Positions 35,907 to 48,700 of a stretch of 64,000 nt of DNA are shown piece after piece (position 1 is the first letter of the stretch; each line of letters starts with the position of its first letter). The notes below the pieces were generated by a model, which was not told the origin of the DNA, made no database searches, and worked only from the letters and a program-made list of their open reading frames with translations. The DNA comes from a virus, in IMG/VR virus record IMGVR_UViG_3300027896_000001, positions 1 to 64,000 of that record; one strand, 5' to 3'. The position numbers and the translations under genes were made by a program.

Positions 35907-38900
35907 ATGGCAACTGATATTTTTTATGACATATCGCTTGATGGTCATGGCGACGGAAGTGAAGAAGATCCTTTCACTTGGGACGATGCCATGGATAATG
36001 AGAACGAATACGGATGGATAAATCCGTGGGGTGATACTAATTTTTATATTCGTGGAATCAGACATCTTTCTTCAGGTGATATTCATATTTGTGAGTCATG
36101 CGCGGCTTCCTGCCGTTTGTTGCCATGGGACCTTGAACAATACGGACCATGGAGAATCGGGATAGACTCAGGATCAATAACAATATTTGGTTATGAAACG
36201 CCAGGTTATGAATTGAATGGAGCTGTTCTAAAAGCAACGACAGTAACTATTGACAGTCCATATTATAGTCTTCCTGTTTATCGTACTATTGTAATGGCAG
36301 ACACCATATATCTGAACATTAATTATTACAGTCCAGATTCGTATGTCAATTATATATCCGGATCTTCTTTTATAGCCTCTAATCATATTGGTTTTGATGG
36401 CGCCCCTGATCCTTATACAAGCCGTTTTATGGATTGTATTTTTGAATTTTCTACCGCCTCTATATCATCTTCAAGTTATGTTGACTTTTTTTCATGTGTA
36501 ATGCCTGCCGGCTTGGGCGGCGGTCATCCATCGTTTTCAAATTGTCAAACAGACTGGACTTCGACTGAATGGCCTGAATGGAACGATACGAATTTAGCTC
36601 ATTGGGCACAGAGTCTTCTGTCTGTTGGCATTTCAACTCCTCCTCAACCGGGAACTCCTCCATATTCCAATTATGCAACTGGAATGGCTGGAGAAGCCAG
36701 GACCGGAATCGGATTTCTGTATTTTGACACTCCGACAACAACAACACCAGCTCCGGAATTATATCATATAGAAATACATCATTCTGAGACAAACAGGCCG
36801 TCATCCGACCTTGTGGCGTCCAATGTTTTTGATACCACGTTTGAATCTGAGGCTGTCAATCAACTTCCAAGCGAAATGCTGGCTAAAGATTTTAATATCA
36901 GTGAGTTTATTTACAGCAATTATCAAATCAATAATGAGGGGTCGGGGGAAACATTCTGGCTTGATAATAGCGTTGTTTATGGAATGAAAGGTTTGAGAAG
37001 GTATGGAATCGGTTATTTCTATTTCTATATTGCTGTTCCCAATCCTGATGTGGTAGAGCCTGTTGAAAGCCAGGATTATACTGAAGAACTCCCAACCGAG
37101 ATTAAGTTCTGGGATTGGCTTACGACATTCTGGGATTTTCTTACCGATAAAGATCGCGAGATGTTCGAGAATTACTGGCTGGGAATGAAACTGTGCGGAG
37201 ATTCTCTGCTGAAAAAAGCCAACAGGATGATGAGCGCGTCAGGCCCCGAGAGTTCAACTGAGCATTTATACGAGGATTATTATGAACTTCTCGTGAGCCC
37301 GCTTGTTTCCAAACCGATAAATCTCGATCCTACGAATCAAGGAGAGAACTTCATCATTCGTCCGATATCAAAACTGCTTATTGAGCCGGAATACGGTGAG
37401 GACATGAAGCCTGTATATCATGACATGATAGAAATATCAGCCACGGATTATTACAAAATCAGGTCAATTGGACTTGGCTGTTATGTCGTTCTTCGGGTCA
37501 ATAACCAGGACGTTCCTGACCAGTTCTTTAAAATATACAACCTCATGTCGTCCGAAGAATCGCAATCAAGCGGAAGATATTATCCTCCGGCCGGAAATAT
37601 ATGGCAGATAGACCATTATGTTCCCGACAAAACAAAGTTTAAATACATGATAGTTATTGAAGGAGACCTGTCATATATCGATGATAATTCTTTTATATTT
37701 TATCTCACTACAGGGCGCGCGTACGATGTTGATGCGTGGGTTGTTTCCCTTCCTGTTCTTCATACCCATATTTCAACAGGTTTCCCCATTGAGTTCAAGA
37801 ACGGCAGGGATTACGACCTGAAAGAACACATAGTAGAGTTTAATCACAACATTTTTGAATCCAAAGAAGTAAGCGTCGCTGACATTCTGTATTGCGCCAA
37901 AACCCCGATTATAGAACATTACCTTTACGATATGTTCGGGAAAATAGTAGGCATACCGGATTGGCTGGCCTATAACCACAACAACATCTCAGGTAAAGCT
38001 GCGATTAATGCCGCGCTTCTTTCTCTTCAGAACATCAGCACCGTGACTGATTACTGCAGGGCGTTGAATGTGTTTTACGGGCTTCCGGTGGCGCCAAGGA
38101 ACAGCAAGGTGATCGGGCTTTACGAATCATACGCTTATGAGATTACTGATATTTCTGAAGACCATAACACGATAACCATTTCACTGCCGGCCGGGTCAAG
38201 CCTTCATCCATTCGTTCAGCCGGGCGGACGGTTCATGTGTGAGGGAAAGAAGGATGTCATCATAGACGGGGTTTTGGATCGTGATCTTGGAACAGTGAAA
38301 TTGCGGGACGGGTCTGAACTATCCGTTGGTGATTCGCTGTTTATAAAATTGAGAAATAAATTTATATTGAAAGACGCTGTTGCAGAGACTCTTGAAGACG
38401 CGTCCTATGTTATAATTTACAGTCCAGAGGGGCACGAAGCCATTCAGCATCTTGTAGACTACATAAACACCACATCTGGAGGAAAGAGATATCCGGAGAT
38501 GCTCATTTACGGAACCGAGAAATTGGCACACAATATAAACGGCATTTATCATATAACTAAATCGGAACCGTTGCCGGGTTCAGCTCAAATAGTAAAATTG
38601 ACATTGTATAAAAAGGCTGTATCAGAAGAGCCGTTGTATAATGATTTTATCGGTTACAATCTTTTTGAAGACACGGCTGGAAACAAACATGGTGTTGTGC
38701 ATATTCCCTGGCCGACCCACAAGTTCTTGTATCTGCTCATGGAGGGGAATGAATATTTCAAGGCGTATTTGGACTCTCCTATTGACACCGTTTTTGATGA
38801 AGAAGACTCCGTAATCAAGTATCAGGTTCTTGCCAGAAACGTGTCTGTTTTCACAAAAAACATGTTTCCAAACTGGGATCAGTTCGATCATTTCAAGAGA

Positions 38901-39005
38901 TATAATGGCCTGAGTCTTGAGTCTGATGTGCTTGAGGTTACGAAGTCGCTTCCAGGGGCTTTATACGGAAATTATTTCCCAAGTGGTTATATCGAGACAA
39001 AATAA
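35907..39005 (+). CDS. Baseplate wedge-like protein with an N-terminal accessory domain
   Basis: 1032 aa; FWDWLTTFWDFL and YDMFG..VG...RALNVFYGLPVA resemble wedge proteins; synteny. Confidence 0.55.
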   Translation: MATDIFYDISLDGHGDGSEEDPFTWDDAMDNENEYGWINPWGDTNFYIRGIRHLSSGDIHICESCAASCRLLPWDLEQYGPWRIGIDSGSITIFGYETPGYELNGAVLKATTVTIDSPYYSLPVYRTIVMADTIYLNINYYSPDSYVNYISGSSFIASNHIGFDGAPDPYTSRFMDCIFEFSTASISSSSYVDFFSCVMPAGLGGGHPSFSNCQTDWTSTEWPEWNDTNLAHWAQSLLSVGISTPPQPGTPPYSNYATGMAGEARTGIGFLYFDTPTTTTPAPELYHIEIHHSETNRPSSDLVASNVFDTTFESEAVNQLPSEMLAKDFNISEFIYSNYQINNEGSGETFWLDNSVVYGMKGLRRYGIGYFYFYIAVPNPDVVEPVESQDYTEELPTEIKFWDWLTTFWDFLTDKDREMFENYWLGMKLCGDSLLKKANRMMSASGPESSTEHLYEDYYELLVSPLVSKPINLDPTNQGENFIIRPISKLLIEPEYGEDMKPVYHDMIEISATDYYKIRSIGLGCYVVLRVNNQDVPDQFFKIYNLMSSEESQSSGRYYPPAGNIWQIDHYVPDKTKFKYMIVIEGDLSYIDDNSFIFYLTTGRAYDVDAWVVSLPVLHTHISTGFPIEFKNGRDYDLKEHIVEFNHNIFESKEVSVADILYCAKTPIIEHYLYDMFGKIVGIPDWLAYNHNNISGKAAINAALLSLQNISTVTDYCRALNVFYGLPVAPRNSKVIGLYESYAYEITDISEDHNTITISLPAGSSLHPFVQPGGRFMCEGKKDVIIDGVLDRDLGTVKLRDGSELSVGDSLFIKLRNKFILKDAVAETLEDASYVIIYSPEGHEAIQHLVDYINTTSGGKRYPEMLIYGTEKLAHNINGIYHITKSEPLPGSAQIVKLTLYKKAVSEEPLYNDFIGYNLFEDTAGNKHGVVHIPWPTHKFLYLLMEGNEYFKAYLDSPIDTVFDEEDSVIKYQVLARNVSVFTKNMFPNWDQFDHFKRYNGLSLESDVLEVTKSLPGALYGNYFPSGYIETK

Positions 39006-39041
39006 CTATATTTATAGTATAATAATCGTGAAAGGCCGTTC

Positions 39042-39470
39042 ATGAAAACAAAACCAGAGATACGCAAAAAAATGCTGGAAGTTCTTAAAGACGCTATAAC
39101 GGTCGGTCATGACATTTATGTTCCCGAAAAAATAATAAGGTTTTACGATAATGAGCATCACTGTCTTTGCGAACTTGGTTATAATTCATTGGAACAGAGG
39201 GTTGAGGGTGAAAAAGTATCATACTTATTTTTGGCTTCGGATAACGGATACGTCCTTCGTGGAACCACAATAGCGGCCGGCCGAGTATTAACTTTAGAAA
39301 TTCAAGGAGCAGTTGCTGGAATAAACGAACTTGATGACTCTTTAATAATAGGCACTGTTGGCAATATCATTTCGAAATCTTCCGATCTTAAATTCAATAT
39401 GACCGATTGGCCTAATGAGGCCAATATTACAGTCACAAGAATGGCTATTGTTCTGCCGCAAGGCACCTAA
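39042..39470 (+). CDS. Hypothetical structural protein
   Basis: ORF in the structural cluster. Confidence 0.65.
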   Translation: MKTKPEIRKKMLEVLKDAITVGHDIYVPEKIIRFYDNEHHCLCELGYNSLEQRVEGEKVSYLFLASDNGYVLRGTTIAAGRVLTLEIQGAVAGINELDDSLIIGTVGNIISKSSDLKFNMTDWPNEANITVTRMAIVLPQGT

Positions 39471-39484
39471 AAACGGAGTAGTTT

Positions 39485-40912
39485 ATGCAAACCTCGGTAT
39501 GGCGTGAAATCCTCGATGATTCTATTTCTGGAGATAAAATACACGGTGGCGTTATTGATTATCTTGACAGCCTCGATACTGAGATTCTTCATGTTCCATC
39601 TCAGACAAATCATCAGCGAACAGGCACCGGAACAATAGATGGAGCTGGTTTTTCAATTGGATTTTTACAAAAAATAGGATTTATAGGAGCGCATGATTTC
39701 GTTGCTCAAGGTAATCCCGGTCCGTCTGCAAATTTTATTGTAAATAATACTTCAGGTCTTCCTGTAGCAAAACTTTCAAGCATAGGCAACGCAAGTATTC
39801 TTGAGCTTTTTGATGAAAGTGGTTCTGTTTCAAAAGCAAAATTAACCGGCGCTTCTAATGGAATAAATTATTTAATAAATAGATTGGTTATAGGACAAAC
39901 TACTCCTTTATATCCTGCTGTGTATGGTGCAACCCTTCTTGACGTGGCTGTTGGGATTTATTCTCCAGCTCTTTTATCTGAAGATACAAAATTTCGTCAT
40001 CCATCCTCGTCGGCAGTTGTAAGTTGTCGCGCGTGGTATGCTCAATATTTAGGTTATAAAATTTATTTGGATACTATTGCTGCTCTTGGAATACAAGATG
40101 TTCCGGCAGAAGCGTTTGATTCTCTTTCCAATATGGGAACTGATATTTCGATATCTCATGAGCAATGGGAATTGCTCGGTTTGCTTGATCAAGATGTAAG
40201 TAATGGAGCAGACGTTGCTTTTGGAAGAATAGATTGTAATGAAATGCATGCCACAAGCATATGCTCTGCATATCAGTTTGGAGTTTCCGGAACTGGATGC
40301 TGGATACATTCTAATGAGGATATAACTGCTGACGGTGACATATCGGCAGTTGGCGATGTTAATGGTGATACAGTACATGGTAATTTATTGACAACAGTTA
40401 ATGGAATGAAAGAGCACGGACGAAGCGTCGCGGCCGGTTATTGGGAAGAAACTTATGACATTACTCAACTTAACACTAGCGATTTTTGTTTTAATTTTTA
40501 TACCAATAATACACCATTGGCATTTGAGGATGCAAGCAGAGTCAGTGGAGGATATGCAAAATATACAATAATTGGAAATACTGTTCATCTTTCATTAATG
40601 GTTGATTGTAACAGGGCTGCCGGAGCATGGAACAGGGTTGTAATAAATTTTGGAAGTTCAGCTGCAGGGGTAAAATTAAAACCACTTGAAATTGCATTTG
40701 CTCTTAGTTTTTTTGAAGGATCTGTTCGTTGGAGAAACCCGACTGCATACCTATACGGTGACGGAGTAGCCAGCGTGCCTTGTGAGGTGTGGATCAGAGA
40801 TCAATCAATATGGATTCGTAGATGCGATAATGGTAATTTTACTATAGGCCTTCCTGGAGGCGGATTCAATAATTCATTTAGTCTTTCGTTGACATATCAA
40901 AAAAATCCTTAA
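39485..40912 (+). CDS. Putative tail fibre protein
   Basis: ITADGDISAVGDV fibre-like repeat; C-terminal GYAKYTIIGNTVHL tip domain. Confidence 0.6.
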   Translation: MQTSVWREILDDSISGDKIHGGVIDYLDSLDTEILHVPSQTNHQRTGTGTIDGAGFSIGFLQKIGFIGAHDFVAQGNPGPSANFIVNNTSGLPVAKLSSIGNASILELFDESGSVSKAKLTGASNGINYLINRLVIGQTTPLYPAVYGATLLDVAVGIYSPALLSEDTKFRHPSSSAVVSCRAWYAQYLGYKIYLDTIAALGIQDVPAEAFDSLSNMGTDISISHEQWELLGLLDQDVSNGADVAFGRIDCNEMHATSICSAYQFGVSGTGCWIHSNEDITADGDISAVGDVNGDTVHGNLLTTVNGMKEHGRSVAAGYWEETYDITQLNTSDFCFNFYTNNTPLAFEDASRVSGGYAKYTIIGNTVHLSLMVDCNRAAGAWNRVVINFGSSAAGVKLKPLEIAFALSFFEGSVRWRNPTAYLYGDGVASVPCEVWIRDQSIWIRRCDNGNFTIGLPGGGFNNSFSLSLTYQKNP

Positions 40913-40928
40913 CTTAATAAGGTGAACT

Positions 40929-41489
40929 ATGAAAACACCGCAAGTGATTAATCTGAATGAGGACAAAGTTCTTTGTTTTGACGGCGATAACGTCATCGAT
41001 GACACCGATCAGTTGCCGCTTGGCAAGTCGCATCAAAAGACATCGATTTCGGTTCAGCTCGATGCATGGGACTTGATGTCCAATTCACACGTTGGCCCAA
41101 TAACCGAAGCAATGCTGGAATATCATAGTGAAATAGACTGCTGGACAATGGATGTCAGCACTATATTTGGATTCGCGACTGATCGCCATAAATATGTCAT
41201 GATGATCTCCGCAACCGACGACTCCAACATGAGAGATTTTAAAGTTAATGAATTCTGCATAGACAACGACTCTTTCGAGGCGACACTGATGCGTCTGCCT
41301 TATCAAATAGAAATCGGTGGTGGAGAAGCGTGGATGAGATGGTATGCCACTACTGGTGATTTTGGCAATCCGTCACTTGCGCTCTATGAAGCTAAAGCAT
41401 TTGAAGGCGGAGTTGGAATAACCTACGCGACAGACGTGTCAAGAGTTACTCATAGAGGACCGATTGTCTCAACGAATCAGCCTCAATAA
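40929..41489 (+). CDS. Hypothetical structural protein
   Basis: ORF in the structural cluster. Confidence 0.65.
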   Translation: MKTPQVINLNEDKVLCFDGDNVIDDTDQLPLGKSHQKTSISVQLDAWDLMSNSHVGPITEAMLEYHSEIDCWTMDVSTIFGFATDRHKYVMMISATDDSNMRDFKVNEFCIDNDSFEATLMRLPYQIEIGGGEAWMRWYATTGDFGNPSLALYEAKAFEGGVGITYATDVSRVTHRGPIVSTNQPQ

Positions 41490-41501
41490 TTTAAGGAAAT
41501 C

Positions 41502-42731
41502 ATGCCGGCAATAAGAGCAAACAGTTTCGCCAATCCAATAGGCGATATGGCGGCCTTTGATCATGGGATAAAGGCCGTTGCTTCATCTATTACGTTTTCT
41601 GTCGGAACGCAGGCAGGGACGGAAGAGGGATATTTAAGAAAAAACGTCGCTGGAGATTCCGTTGCCGCTATTGTTACAAACGGCATTCTTGAATTCAGTT
41701 TTCCTCAGACTCATCCATTAATCGGAATAGGAGACCAGGTTCAAACATCGGAAGGCAATTATTATCTGAACAGAAAAATATCTCCGTCAGTATGGGAAGT
41801 ACGGGTTCCAACTGGTGTTCCTGATAGCGCGCCTGTTGAAGCGCTGGTCACTACAATAGATAAAATGTATCCAAGTCTTGCCGCGGCAATGGACCCTGGC
41901 ACCGGAATACTCAATCTTCTTGGAACGTCTGATTTAAAAGCGCTTCGAATGGCTTTACGCATTGCTCTTTATGAAATGACAGAAACAATTTCTTCTCCTA
42001 TAGAAGTGAGTTCCGACTGGGTCACTGATGAAGAACACAATGTCAATATTTTCACTCCTTATGATATAAGAACAGAATGCAATTCCAGACAACGCCATTG
42101 GGGAGTGAAAGGGTCTGGATACAAACTCATTGTTACCAATCCCAGCATGGGAATGATTATAGCGGAACCGTACTGCAGGATCGAGGGCCTTCATATTGAT
42201 GGCGGAAACGGCCATGATAATGTTCTTATTTATCACGGATCGGATGGCCTGTTTAAAACAAAAATTCTTAATAATATCCTGAGTTATGGCAAGACCGGGG
42301 TTTTTGCAGATGAAGAACCGGCGGGAAATCAGGTTGTTGCCGGAAACATTATATATGGAATGTATCAGGCAGGAATTGAAGCTACGCATCGTCGTTTTAA
42401 TATTTATAATAATACGATTGTAAAATGCAATTACGGAATTACCATATCTGGAAACGGCACGCCTTATGTTAAAAACAACCTGGTTCAAGAATGCTCTGTG
42501 GATATAAATGTTTCTGACGAATCAAGTCCTTCATCAAGTGAGAGTCCGTCATCGAGCGAAAGTCCATCGGCAAGCGAGAGTCCGTCTGAGAGCGAAAGTC
42601 CATCATCTAGTGAGAGTCCGTCATCGAGTGAGTCGGAGAGCCCAAGTCCGTCAGCAAGCGAATCATCAACCCCAAGTGCGACTACAACACCGGCACCAAC
42701 CACACCAGCACCAACTACACCGGCACCATAA
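41502..42731 (+). CDS. Beta-helix repeat virion protein ending in a SESP/TTPAP low-complexity tail
   Basis: ECNSRQRHWG, IEGLHID, VAGNII, IYNNTI, VKNNLV; homologous to the repeats of the next gene. Confidence 0.75.
   Translation: MPAIRANSFANPIGDMAAFDHGIKAVASSITFSVGTQAGTEEGYLRKNVAGDSVAAIVTNGILEFSFPQTHPLIGIGDQVQTSEGNYYLNRKISPSVWEVRVPTGVPDSAPVEALVTTIDKMYPSLAAAMDPGTGILNLLGTSDLKALRMALRIALYEMTETISSPIEVSSDWVTDEEHNVNIFTPYDIRTECNSRQRHWGVKGSGYKLIVTNPSMGMIIAEPYCRIEGLHIDGGNGHDNVLIYHGSDGLFKTKILNNILSYGKTGVFADEEPAGNQVVAGNIIYGMYQAGIEATHRRFNIYNNTIVKCNYGITISGNGTPYVKNNLVQECSVDINVSDESSPSSSESPSSSESPSASESPSESESPSSSESPSSSESESPSPSASESSTPSATTTPAPTTPAPTTPAP
42518..42728 (+). repeat. Ser/Glu/Pro and Thr/Pro/Ala coding tandem repeats
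   Basis: SESPSS x~7 then TTPAP x3. Confidence 0.85.
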
Positions 42732-45700
42732 TGAAATATTTAGACTATAATATCACAGACGACGCCACCGCTACCGGAGACAATAGTTATCCGAATACCA
42801 CGATTATATTCAAGGATGCGGATAATGACGACTATAGGCTCGATCCGCGCGCTGATGATGAGGCGGTAAAAAGTGGTGTCGATTTGTCTGCGGATTCCTA
42901 TTACAATTTTGATCACGATGTCGCCGGAAACAAGATAGATGATACATGGCAGATCGGCGCTTATCATTTCACTCGTGAAATAAGGGTCGCTGTCGGAAGC
43001 CCTGTGTCAACTGATTTAAAGACGGCTACAAGTCCCCTGACCGCTTCTGTTGACGAAGGGATAATGACATTCAGCGAAGACCAGGTGGATGAAAGGCTTT
43101 GTGCAGGATGTGTTGTGGCTCTCAGTCCGATAGGTACGACGACAACCGCTGCGCCATTAATCGATGAATTTCTTCTTTATGAAAAGATAGATACAAAGAA
43201 CTGGATAGTCCTGAAAAAATATCAGACCGGGAGTGGAGAATATGAGGACATAGGAAAAGCAAATTTCACTCAAGGCGACATGACTGTTGACAGCATAAAG
43301 CCGCATGATGAATCGTTGTTTTCCGCACTTTACGATAACCTAAGCGGAGAGGCGGGAATCGTTACTGAAAATGGCGACAGAATCAATTTTAAAACGTCCG
43401 ATATTAAAGCAAGCGTTTATTGTTTGTTTGGCAAGGATACGGTTGGCGCAAAAGTAAATGATGAAATGACATTTGACGAAACAAGAAACCTTACCGTTAA
43501 AACCCCTATCGACATCTTAAAAGAGTGCAATTCGAACCTTCGTCATAACGGTGTATTCGACGAATCAAAATGGTGGGTGGAATCTGCCGGCGCCTGTCTT
43601 GATGGTATTCAAATGCCTGTTGATTACATGACTGTGGAAGGCCTTCAACTGAATGCTGTCAATTACGGTATAATAATCACCGGGAAAGAGTTTAAAGCAT
43701 CCAGCAATATCGTTCGAAACGCCGGTCTCGACGGCATACAGGTTGACTCGTCAAATCCCAGTTCATGCGCAGCAGTCGTTAACAACATGATTTATGACCA
43801 TGTAGATAATGCTATTAAAATAAAACATAACGACTATGTTGGAAACAATTCATATATAAACGTTTACAACAACACCATGGTTGGTGGCAAACACGGCATC
43901 AATGTTGAAAGAAGGCCGGACAAGACCTATACGAACGTTGTTCGAATGCGGAATAACCTTGTTCAGGACACTTCAGGCCGCGCTTACATCATAAACGTCT
44001 ACGACCCCCATACAACCCCTCTGGAATCGTGCTGGGGCGGGGATACATCGCTGTCGAGGTATGAGGGCCGGCTGAACAAACACTCGGTTACAGTCAACTT
44101 CAGGGACCGCTATTCCAAGGACTATCATCTGGCGTTTGCGGACTCGATAGCCATGAAGGACGCTCCATCCTTGAGCGCAGATCCAGATTATGCGTTTAAC
44201 CTGGATTATGAGGGAGATGACAGGGCTTGGAGAAAATGGGACATTGGAGCGGATAATTTCCTTATTGGCGCAGACAAGAAAGTGAATTTTTCACTCGGAA
44301 TGTATGAAGGAAATTTGGATGAAACTCCGCAGGATCGCCTAGTTTCTATTTCAGGATCGGTTTTGACTTTCAAAGGCGGCGCGATCGGCTCGAGAATCGG
44401 TGTCGGAGACAAGGTGCTTTATACTGTTCAGACCACGAGCACAACAACAGGGACTGCGTCTCCTGTTTTGTCTGCTTGTTATCTTTCAGAAAAAGGCAAT
44501 TCTGATACGTGGATTGTAAGGACATATGATGGCGGTCTCGTTGACGATACAAATGGTGATGCGCCGGTGACAAGTATTAAAAGAGTTACTCACAATATTA
44601 ATGATGCGCTTGATGTTAACGGATTGGAAGAGATAGCTTGTGAATACAGCGGAAAAACAACTACCACTACCACGTTTTTAACATCGAAAGATCTGGTCTC
44701 TGCAAAAGCAAGCATTTTTGTTTGGTGTTATAATGACGGTGGCGTTGATTCTACTACTGCTGATATAAAAGGATGGACATGTTCTGATGATTATAGGCTT
44801 AATATTCTTACTCCATTCAGCACTATAACTCAATGTGGAAAAAAGCAGCGGGCTTCAGCGAAATGGGATACAGAAAAATATACAATAAGCATTGTTTCCG
44901 GAAGTCCGACTGATGTGATATTGATTGAAGATAAATTTGTAAATGTAATAGGTATTCAATGTTTGGTTTATTTGAATACTATTTACGGAATAAGAATGAA
45001 TAATACTGCTGGATCTAATATTATTTTGAATAATTTTATAAGAAATACTTTGGTTGGCATTGAAGTAGAATCCACTATAACTGATTGTGTCGTGGCGAAT
45101 AATGTGATAATTGGCGGGCAGATAGGAATAAGGGCGTATTCGGGCGTTGCCTATAATAATACAATTGCAGAGTTTACTCAATGCGGTATAAAATCAAATG
45201 ATCCGACTACTTTAAAATTAAGAAATAATATATCTGTTTCGCATTTGAGCCCAACAGAAGGGTGTTATTATCTTGGTAGTGGAGCAGATATAGAATATTG
45301 TCTAAGCAGTGATGCTTCAGCAACAGTAAACGAAGGCTGTGTAATAAACGTATGGATTAAATTTGAAGATCCTACAAATTATGATTATCATTTAAAAAGG
45401 GATGATTGGTATGCGATAAACTTCGGTACTGATCTTTCTTCTGATGCGGATTTTCCGTTTAATTACGATATTGATATGGATATGCTTGATGCGGATTCAT
45501 GGTCATTAGGCGCTGACAGCATTCCTGATCTTGAAACATTGCATTTGTATTTTGCGATTGGAAAAAATACAGATAATTTTTATACAGGGTCTGCAACTTT
45601 TTCAATAATTGGGGGAGTTGCTGTATTTAAAGAAAAACAAGATAATGAGAATTTTGGCATAGGTCAAGTTATTACCTATGATATTAATAAAACCTGTTAT

Positions 45701-48700
45701 CTTGGACATAAAATTTCAGAGGATGAGTGGGAGGTAATGGATCGAAATGGATTGCCTCCTGATGATATACTTAATGCTACTGTAATTTCAGTAAAAAATG
45801 TTTTTAATGAGATTGCGACTGCTATTGGAATAGGAACTGGAAGTATAAGTGAGTTGATTGGTGACTCGAGTACGCCTTTTATGTCGTTAAAAAAGGCAAA
45901 ATATCAGATAAATTTTCCAGTTTATAAAAATTCGACACCTCATTCTGAACAAATTGTAGTAGAACTTTATGAAACTGATGAAGAGAATTTTATCAGAGTT
46001 TACGCGCCATCTGATATAGCGACAGAATGCGTTACGAGACAAAGACATACCGGATGGTGCCCAAGCAGCATTGCTTCCGCGACTCGGATATTGGCAACTC
46101 AGTTTATGATAAATGGAGTGGTATTAATAAACATTCCATATACAGTATTTGAAGGATTGGTAATTGACGGCGGCGGAGATCATGGCGGAAATCATAATAA
46201 TGCAATCGGATGTATTGGCAATCCTGAAAAAGTAAAAATAATCGGATGTATAATTAAAAACTGTGCTGATGGTATTTATAATCTAACAACCTCTTCCGTA
46301 ATTATGGCAAACAATGTTATTTATGAATGTACAAATAATGCAATTGTTACTGGCGGATTCGATATCGTTTATAACAATACAATGACAAAAATTGACCTAA
46401 CATGCCTGATGAATCAGTACAGTGATATTGTCGTAAATAACATTGCCACGGTTCCCTTAATGGGTGGAGTGTATGTTTGTTATAACGATAATTCAAATTT
46501 AAAAAACTGTTTAAGCGAAGATGGTTCAGCAGGGACAATTAATGACTGTCAACCAAATATCACTATTAATTTCACTGATCCTGATAATGAAGATTTTCAT
46601 TTAAAAGACGGGGCGGACTCAGAAGCAAAAGGAACAGGACTGCAACTCGCTTCTGATTCTTATTATCCTTTTAATGTTGATGCACAGAATATTCAACGAA
46701 GAAAACGATGGGATTTGGGCGCACTTGAATTTGAAACAAAGAAAGTTTATTTCGCTGTAGGGTCATCAACAAATGATTTTAAAACAATGCCTTCTTCAGG
46801 AACGCTTGATTTTAATATTACTTTAACAGAAGGAACCAGGCCGGAAGAAATACATAGTGTAATTGAATTTGGAAATGAAGATGGATTGATTGATCAAATA
46901 AATTCGGGATTAGGAGTGGGAAATGAAATTGTCTCTCAAGATATTCCTGATGGGTGTTTGTTAAAAGAGAAAATTGATTATTCACATTGGATTGTGACGG
47001 ATTATCATGGAGACAACATTGCTGCATGTACTGGAAATGTAGATCAAATAAAAAGGCCATTTAACGATCTCGCAACTGCATTGGCAAACGTATGGTTTAA
47101 TTATCTTACAAGTAAAGATTTAATAACCCAAAAAGTCCAACTTAATATAGCGTGCTATAATGATGCGGCCGGTTTTGCTAGTGATCCTGGTCTTGCAAAT
47201 ACCGCATATATTTCATCAGACAATAATTATTATCTTAAAATATATACACCAGTAGATACGCAGAAAGAAGTTAATCTTCCCCAAAGGCATGATGGATACT
47301 TTGGGTGGATAGGTGAAACGTTTCATTCCGGATTTTATATAGACACTGCGGGAGAATACGGTCTGAATTTATGGGCAACGGATTATGTTGAAGTTGAAGG
47401 TTTATCAGTAATGGCGCAGAATGGGATCGCCTCGCATGGAATACAAATTTCAAACAGCAAAAGCTTTGCTATTATTGGAAACATAGTAAAATCGTGTACA
47501 GGAGATGGAATACGCACTCAAGGGTCGCGGATGAATGCCCGTGATTTTATAATAAATAATTTGGTGTATAATTGCGGTGGAGACGGAATAAGAACCGGAT
47601 CATTTGTTCCGGCAACAAATTCGAAAACTTACATTTATAACAATACGGTATATAATTGTAAAAGGGGAATACATTTTTGCAATGTGACAGAAGGAGATTC
47701 AATAATCGGAATCGCTGTGAACAATATATGCCAGAAATCGAAATATCAGGATTATGTTGATGAATATTCAGGAATCAGTGGATTTTTCTCCGTAGATAAT
47801 TGTATAAGCAAAGACGAATCTGTTAAATTTTATGATGGGGATTTGAGTTATAAAAATACAACAATAAAATTCTCAAATCTTTCTTCTGAAAATTTTAATC
47901 TCGATAAAACTGATTATACAGCCGTAGATACAGCAATTGATCTTTCACAAGTTTCTCCATATAATTTCATAGATGATATTGCTCTAAAACCAAGAGAGCC
48001 GGGTTATTGGGACAGAGGAGCTTTTGAAATTATAGAAATTATCGGATCCGGAGAACTTGGAATGGCGCCTATTTTAATGGAAAGGTATGGAGCTTCTGCA
48101 GGAGGAGCGATACCGACACTTGTACTTCATTTAAGAGAGCATCTGTTGGCCGGTGTTGATCCGGATTATCAATTCACAAGCATAAGTGCTTTAAATACAT
48201 TTTTAGATAATAATGATTATTATGATTCTTATAATCTTGAAATAAATGTAGAAAGCAATATAGCATTCAGCGGAATTTTTTCTTTAAGAAATCGCGGGAC
48301 AACGCGGGAAGTCATAATCCAGACTTATGCGGAAGAATTGAAAAATGGGCCGGCTTCACTTAAATATCGTAACGGACCGTTTGTTGATGACGCTTCTGTT
48401 GAAAAGAAAATTGTTTGCAAAAATTTAAAAATATATTCTGATCCTGAGTCTACAACTCCAAACGATTATTTACTTGGTGTTGCCGCGCTTACACGTCAAA
48501 TAGATTTTATTAACTGCATAGTGCAGGTTAATAAAGATGCTGTTGTAAATACAGCGCCAAGTTGCGTAATAAATACAATTAATTCAATAATCGTTTATGC
48601 CAATGGAGATATATCGAACATATTAGTTCTTTCAAAAGAAAATGCTGGAAATTTCATAGGTAATTCCACTATTCTTACTTATACCCATCTTGATGCGATA

